A DNA stretch of 57,487 nucleotides, counting the filler, from Sluysia triapertura (lineage: Eukaryota), in the NCBI GenBank assembly GCA_046118255.1. It is 4 parts of 4 records of this genome, joined end to end, with 100 filler letters (N's around TTAATTAATTAA, not from the genome) between each part and the next. Parts side by side here need not be neighbours in the genome. Positions count along the whole stretch, not along the records: positions 44,460 to 57,487 come from JBJNIA010064856.1; 3 more parts are not named here. One strand, 5' to 3'. The position numbers and the translations under genes are program-made. The notes below the pieces were generated by a model. It saw only the letters and a program-made list of their open reading frames with translations, was not told the DNA's origin and did not search any database. Positions 50,011-57,487 of the stretch are shown here, one piece after another; within the stretch, counting starts at the first letter, position 1, and the number at the start of each line of letters is the position of its first letter.

Positions 50011-53000
50011 TAAAAGTTTTAAATGTTTTTAGTTTAATAAAATTTATTCTTTTTTAGCCTTAAATTCCAAACTTTATAAATCAGAATAAGATTCTAACTT
50101 ATCTGTTTTCAGTACATTCAACCAATCCAGTGTATTTTGCAATTAACAACCAATTTTAATAATAATCTAATATTCAAAACAGCTAACATCTATAAATTTC
50201 TATCAACGTAAATTAACACTGAATAATTAACTAGTTTTATAATTTTGTTAACAACTCAATAATTTAATCAATAAACTGCTGTGGATTTTAATTAGTTTAG
50301 GTTATTAAACTCGCAGCAAATATGTAATATTACTATTCTGGTTCGCCTGAAGTCAATGATTTATATAAGTACAAGGCACTGCTTCAGGATTTTCTCTCAA
50401 TTGCAAATACCTACGTAAGATTTTCCTTATCCTTGACAATTTTTGTGAATATTACTTTAATTGAGGGTCCCTTAATTTATTATTTTGTTAATTTAATAAT
50501 TGTCTTTTATATCTTTCAAATATCAACACTAATTTTTTAATCGTTTCAGTTAAATAAAAAAGCAATACAAATCCTAAGTTTTATTAAGAAAAATTTATTA
50601 AAATGAATTATTGCACTACTTTTACGGTGCAAAACAAAAATATAAAACGTAGTATACAAGATATAGCAATAATGGTTATCTAACGTTAATTTTAAAAAAT
50701 AAAATATTAAGCCAGATTTAATATTTGGCTGTGGAACCGTTAAAAGATTTTACGTATGATTTTGACCCTAAATTATTATTGAATATAGTTAAAACAATAA
50801 GTCTTACGTATTCATGGAAATATATGAAATTATGAAATCAGAATCTGAAATCTGCGATCGTATCTTGTTAAAATGAATTAGTGAATCTTCTACCAAGTTA
50901 TATCTTTAATTTGAATTTTTGAAAAATTGTTTGAATCATCAGAAAACCAAGTATACAAAAATTGTGCTTCACGAAATAATTCACGAGTTTTTAAGCGTCC
51001 TTTTGTGCGATATTATTTAAAAAAATTTTCTTTTTATATATTTCTATTACCATTAATAATAAAATAATAAAATTACTGCGATAATTTTGCTTTGAAATAT
51101 ATTTTATATCAATATATATTAAGTGAGTCATTTATGACACTGGGCTTACGCACTCAAGGGCCAGCGCATAGATGTCAGCATCGAAAGTAAAAAATAAGGA
51201 AAATTGGAAGTCAATAATAAGTCTATTTTTCGATAATTTTTTGACTATAATTGATATGTTATATGTGATCAAAAAAGATCTATGTAACATGGATTTTGCA
51301 ATAAATGATTTAATCGTTATTGAATTTTTTATTTAATTTTATAATTGTGAAAATTAACGATTAGTAGAAAGATTATCTTAAGATAGTTGAGCCCTCTAAA
51401 ACAAGATTTTACTAACAATGTATTATCTATGAAACTTAATAAATAAAGTGCATAAAAATAAATTAAACTCAAAAACAAAGTAAATTATGAGAGTAATACC
51501 ACTTTATACAATTAGATAATCACAAAAAATTATAATAAAAATACAAAACTTTATAAATATTATTAGGCAGTAATATTTGTTAAATTTTTTAAATTTGCGA
51601 TTTAAAATTTTGCTCAATTTATTTTATTCTAATTTTATTACTTTTCGTAAAATAATTTAAGATGCACTAAAGATTAAACAACAATTGTTTTTTATTCCTT
51701 GTAAAGAAAATCAGCAAAACGCTTACATAAATATCAGCAATAAGTTAAATAAAATAACTAAATTGAACAAATGTTATTAACTGCTACTGACTAATAAAAA
51801 TTCATAAACAAAAAACGTCTATTTTTATTCTATTATTTCGTTACTAAAAACAGCGTAATTTATACTACTTTTTGTTGGCCTTATTTTAATAACATTTAAA
51901 CAAATAATAATAAATACAATATTTTCATTTTTAATTTTAATAATGTATTTGATTGTTAAAGTGATAATATATTCTTTCTATAAAATAAATACAATATTGT
52001 ATAATATTTTAATAATTATAATGTTTTCATATCAACTATTAAATAGTATAGTATTTAAAATTATGAATTACATTTAAAATAAAATTATTATTTTTTTATA
52101 AACATATTTTTATAAATTGCAATATAATTTTTTTGTAATTTTTAATAATGTTTATAAAATTTTTATTCTGACATTATCATAATATAATTCTGTTTTTCAA
52201 TATACTTTTATTAAAATTTTATTGCCGATTTTATCACAGACTTCATCACAGATTTTATTATTTTTATAAACTTTTACTAATATTTTATTACTACTTCAAT
52301 AATTTATTATTTTGATAAACTTTTTATTAAGATTTTATAAACATTTCAATAAAAGTTTTATAATTTTATTTTTCTAAATATTTTTACAATAATTAAATTT
52401 ATTTACATTAGAATAAATTTTATTACGATTTAAAAAATTATTCTAATAGACTTTATACAATATTTACGATTTTAAAGAAAATTAATTATAATAAAATGAT
52501 TTTAAATAAAATAAAACCTTATTATTTATAATAGATTTTACACAATATTTACAAAACCAACACCAAAGTTAAATTATTCTTTCAAATTAAGAACTTCCTA
52601 AAAATAATTCTTTAAATATGATAATTTTAACAAATTTCAATAATTAAATTAATCTGCGATTCAATATATATTAATATAATAAAAAATACTATTTACTAAT
52701 TAATCTCTTCTAAATTAAAATTATTCACTATAAATCCACTTTACTCGTAAATTAATCAGGAAATAAAATGGTTAGAGCAACTCTAAATAATTGTAGAGGG
52801 AGTCACCACAAGAACTAATTTACTTAAAATCAAAATAATAAAATAAAATAATTGATATTATTATTATTATACTATTTTAATTATTATAAAGAAAACTTTT
52901 TAATATATTATTTAATAATAATAATAATTAATAGATTCTAAAAATGATATAAACAACGGTAAAATATTTTTTGACCTTTACACACACCAGTTAGTCAGTT

Positions 53001-53576
53001 ATAAAATTTTAAAAATATTGCACTTGGACTTTAATTTATATTAAGTTTTCAACGAATTATTAAACGAAGCTGTTTATCAACGATTTATTTTATTAAACGA
53101 ACGACAGATTCAGTTAGTTCATTAAAGATTATTTTTTAATAAAACATTATAATTTTAAAATAAAATAAAATAAGTTAAACGCAGATAGCAAATTAGTTTT
53201 GCTAATATAAATTAAGTGAAATTAAAATTATTATTAGATTGAAAATAATAATAATAATGACAATCTCAATATTATTATTATATTTTGAGTATTTGAATTT
53301 TCTTTTTTAAGCAACTTGAATAATCGTAATTTAATAAATCCAACATTGTGATAATAAATAATTACCATTTGAATTTTATAATATTGAACAATTGTAATAC
53401 ATATTGTTGATTTTTATTGAAAATGTTTTTTAATATTATTGTAATTAAAAGACTTGTTGATTATATTACCCAATTTTGTTTTAAAATATATTAAGAAACT
53501 TATTAAATACGATATAAAAAGATTTACAATTTACCAAACATAAAAAGTTTTACAATTTACTAAGCATAAAACGGAC

Positions 53577-53663
53577 CTCCGAATTTCTTCATACTCTTTT
53601 TCATGCTGCAAAACTCTATGTGCTGCCCCTTTAGTGAGTAAGTCCAGTATCATAGAGAACTCA
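53577..53663 (-). CDS. Isolated 87-bp internal exon candidate (EFSMILDLLTKGAAHRVLQHEKEYEEIR)
   Basis: TTTAAAG acceptor, GTCCGT donor, frame-preserving length and locally raised GC. Parent gene unknown. Confidence 0.45.
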
Positions 53664-53924
53664 CTTTAAAATATATAAAAACATCAACATTAGAATAACA
53701 AATAAAAGAAAATAACATATTATTAGCATAACATAATATAGTTGGCAAAAAAAGTCTTCAAGTATAATAACTAGTAGATAAGGAGAAAGATTACACCACA
53801 TATTGTAACCGTAACCTATATATAACTATTGCAAATTATCACATATAATATAAAAAATAATAATATAATATATTACATTAGTTTATAAAATATCGAATTG
53901 CCTGTTTATTTTTTTGTAATTCCT

Positions 53925-54143
53925 ATTTGTTTACGATTTTACACTTACACAACTCCGATAAAACTATTCGGTATACTCCGAATATAGTACGATAAAGACG
54001 GGTAGGTGCAAATAAAAATACGGACCATCTTCGACATATAAAAGATTGCATAAACGTTTTAGTATAGGGACTGCCTCGACAGAGGACTAGAACGTAATAA
54101 TTACAATGTCGGGCAGCTCCGACAGTGGACCGAAAAGGGTTAA
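53925..54143 (-). mobile_element. piggyBac-type element end
   Basis: TTAA|CCCTTTTCGGTCC terminus, subterminal palindrome TGTCGGAGCTGCCCGACA (54107-54124) and its repeat GTCCTCTGTCGAGGCAGTCCC. Confidence 0.65.
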
Positions 54144-54599
54144 TAACATTTTCTGGTGAATGCAATTTTTCAAATTGTTTTGCTTTTAAAACAAATTGCT
54201 TTTCAAATTCAATAGCAGATAATTTATTTTGGATTATCATTTCTTAGAAATCTGTTCTAATTTATTCTAATTCTGATTTGATTGATATTCTTCTATTCTA
54301 CATTTTACTTGATTTTACAATTATTTTATATTAGTTTCATACTGTGCGACTATTGTATCTACTTCATTACGTAAAACTTGTTTTGGTGATTGTAAACTGT
54401 TGTTTTCCGTTGATCGATTTGAAAAAATGTATCACTTAAATAATACACCGTAAATATTAGTTCGAACACTTGATCTCAGAGTACGCTTGGTTCTTTCACA
54501 TGGTATCCTATTTTTTTAAATTTCTTTTAATATTTCGAAATAATTTTTAGAGACACAATAGGAAAAAAAGTTAATGCAGAAGCTTAGGAAAAACTGTAT

Positions 54600-55560
54600 T
54601 TACTTTTATTTTAATAAGTTATTTTAAAGTTTAAAAATTTCATGTATTGCGCTGTATAAATGTTTTTTTATTTGGTTTCTGAATTTTAAGTACCAAACAT
54701 TATTGGCAGCTGTGGAAGATCACAATCCGAAGGTTTCATCATCGACTGTTCTTCGATAGTTCGGAACTTTTGATGTCGATGACAAACAAGTTCAGAAAGA
54801 TATGAAAAAACAAAATGAGTTCGAATGTTCACGGATTTTCTTCAGAAATATTTACGAACGCGTCTTCGAAAAATCTTGCCACTGCTATTAAAACATCAAA
54901 AGAAATATCATAGTATAATAGTTAAATTTTTATTTCAAAATTTTAATAAATAATATTTTCTAATTTTATTCAATTTATAAAATTTATTCAGTTATAAAAT
55001 TTAACATTTATACTCTGACACAAAGAAAGAATGCGTTTGTGTATCTCTACAACTAGAATGTTTCCCAAAGGTTCTTCATTGAAAAATCCAGTATGGTGTA
55101 TTTTGAGTAATAATCTCTAACCATATCGGTGATGCGACAGTGACCAACGTTAAGAATAATAATACTCTAATAAAAACGAAAAATATTGCTCAATCACAGT
55201 AGTGATATTTATTTAGTCTGACCAGATTGTCTTTATAAAGGCATTAATGTCAAAAAACTGTGTAATTGAACCAAATCATTTTTAACCACAATATTATAAG
55301 CCTCACAGTCAAGCATCATATAGCCAAATCTAAAACCAATATTCCCTCCGTCGAAAACTAGTTGAAAAGTAATATTTGTAGCAATTTGGATGATTTAGTG
55401 AGTGATGTGAAGACGTGTATAAGATTGAAATACCGTCTACTATTTTCTCGTGGAAAAAACTATCTGCTACGTAGATAAAAAGAAATACTCGAAATAGATG
55501 AAGGCCTATTAATCATATTTTTAACTTATTTTACAGTTTCGAGTAATAAACGAATCTAAA
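54600..55560 (+). mobile_element. Decayed mariner remnant
   Basis: FGTFDVDDK (cf. F..GDFDV.D) near 54760 and QASYSQ (cf. HPPYSPDLAP) near 55310. Confidence 0.45.
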
Positions 55561-55899
55561 GTAAACGCTTTAATTTACTCTTAATGTTTTTTGTCGAAGT
55601 AGCTCAACGATCTTAACTTTCGGTAATCACTTTTTAAAATTGTCAATCAATTGGAGCCAATGGTTATTATTATAAACTTTACAGTGTTTACTTGGTTTAA
55701 CCGTGTGGTTAATATGTTAACATAGAATTTCTTATGCAACCTTAATTTAGTAATTCCGTAAGAGATATTATTTTTAATTGGTAATCCATCGCACTATCTT
55801 GGAAAAAGGGTCACAATTATTTTATTGAAAACTCTATTGAAAATTTTATAAAATACAATAAATTGAAATAAATACAATAAAATATAAAACAAATTCATA

Positions 55900-56560
55900 A
55901 CCTAAGTTAACTATTTTGGATGATGAACTATTATTGTGTACGAATCTTTTTATCATTTTTCTAATGATTCATCGAATTTTTGATTAAGAAAATTAAATGA
56001 CAGCGATAGTAAGGCATTTCTACAATGAGCTGACAAGCGACATTTATTCACTAATCGTTTTCTGTACTTTGCGAAATTCAAATAAAACTGATTCAAAAAG
56101 AAATTGTTTTTGCATAAATTCGAATTTTAGAATGTTATTTTGCCTAATTTATCATTATGAAATTCGCTATAAGCATCAACTACAACCATCTGATCGACAA
56201 TGTCTTCAAATTTACTCGAATATTCATAATTCATATTAAAGCAATTTATTTCGACTGTTTTTGATTTTGTAATCGCTTCAACAATAACGTTTACCATTTT
56301 TCCAATCAAATGTGATTTGTAGTTACATCAAAACGTACACTTGTAATATTCAGTAAAGGTTTTTACTGCAATCTTACACAAAATTCACTTCAATTTATCA
56401 TCTGAATTCGTCATCAAGTCATAATTCTGCAAATGATATTTGACATTTTCTAATAAATTATTCTCGCGCAAATTGTTTGACCAGATTATTTACATTTTAT
56501 ACCATTACAAGAAATTGTTTAAAAATATTAAAATATTTTATTTTAAGATCTTGAATAATA
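55900..56560 (-). pseudogene. Decayed ORF of unknown family B
   Basis: Protein-like frames with stops; EINC motif region similar to 28.0 kb. Confidence 0.35.
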
Positions 56561-57487
56561 TTTGTATAATTCTGTTAACTTATAATATTTAAAGTAAAAC
56601 TAAATTAAATTAAATTATTTTAATTCACTTATATATTGTTAAAGTAGTAGATTGGCATTATTTGCATAATAATATGTGTAGAAGATTCATGTGATTTCAA
56701 GTTTCTAGGTCGGTATCATCTATGTTCAATTGATTATAATGATTGAATTCTATATTGATGCTCATGATCGACATACATTTTCATGTGTTTTATCTTTTTT
56801 ATGTAATTTTATGTTCGCTAGATTCATGATATATTGTCAAAAGCAGTTAGAATATTATATTTGTTAAACTATTATAATTATTGGCATATTTTAATATAAC
56901 GGATTCGATGTAAACATGAATGAATAAGAGTTTGTAATTAGTATATTTCGAGGAATGTTAAGTGTATAATCTTGATTAAGATGATACTTACATTTTCTAC
57001 GAGCAAGATGATTATACTGGATATATATCGTGCATTTTGTAGGTTTAATGTAATAGACGATATTCAAATCAACTTTAATATGATCAATATTATCAGATTT
57101 ATTAAGAAATCATGTTAATCTATACTTATTCATACCGCATGAACCAAAAATTGTAAAATGTATAACTTTAGAATTACGTTCATAGAAAAAATTTTATATT
57201 AATTTTTAAAGTTAGAAATAAGCATTTACAAGTCAATAAATATTTAAAATAATGATGCACATATTCTTTTAAAACACAATCCATTTAAAATTAGTTTGTA
57301 TTAATGTAAGTTTTACATGAAAATGTAAAAATTACACTGGTAATGCAATAGGTACGTCTTTGATATTTTATTCTAACTTGCGAGTGTCCGAATAGTATCA
57401 GTAAATAGTCATAATTAAACATAAGGAATAATCGATAAATTAAAATTTATTTTCCGTAATAATAATAATAATAATTATTATTATTAT

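Noticed and set aside
53923-54240. 105-aa ORF
   Set aside because: It runs across a piggyBac-type TTAA terminus and subterminal repeats; a chance chimera.

Overview
Very AT-rich eukaryotic DNA, almost certainly animal. It is four contigs joined by artificial 100-nt linkers (44 N + TTAATTAATTAA + 44 N), so adjacency across the gaps is not guaranteed. Two conserved, spliced host genes are recognisable on the minus strand: a divergent UTP25/DIEXF (6.7-11.1 kb) and three C2C-region exons of an otoferlin-type ferlin (35.7-37.0 kb). Short introns are 34-97 nt; long introns are filled with transposon debris. The rest is decayed transposable elements: a near-complete Merlin element with perfect 46-bp TIRs, plus IS630/Tc1 DD34E, rosa-like, pogo, mariner, hAT and piggyBac remnants and many TG-starting solo-LTR-like repeats. 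The most unusual item is a ~97-bp repeat in 5 copies: a tRNA-like Pol III gene with a T4 terminator, boxed by TGTTAGAC...GTCTAACA inverted termini, i.e. a candidate tRNA-bearing mini-LTR or MITE. Second is a set of intronless, decayed ORFs of unrecognised protein families, two of which share an upstream motif. All alignments and translations were done by eye; no database search was run.
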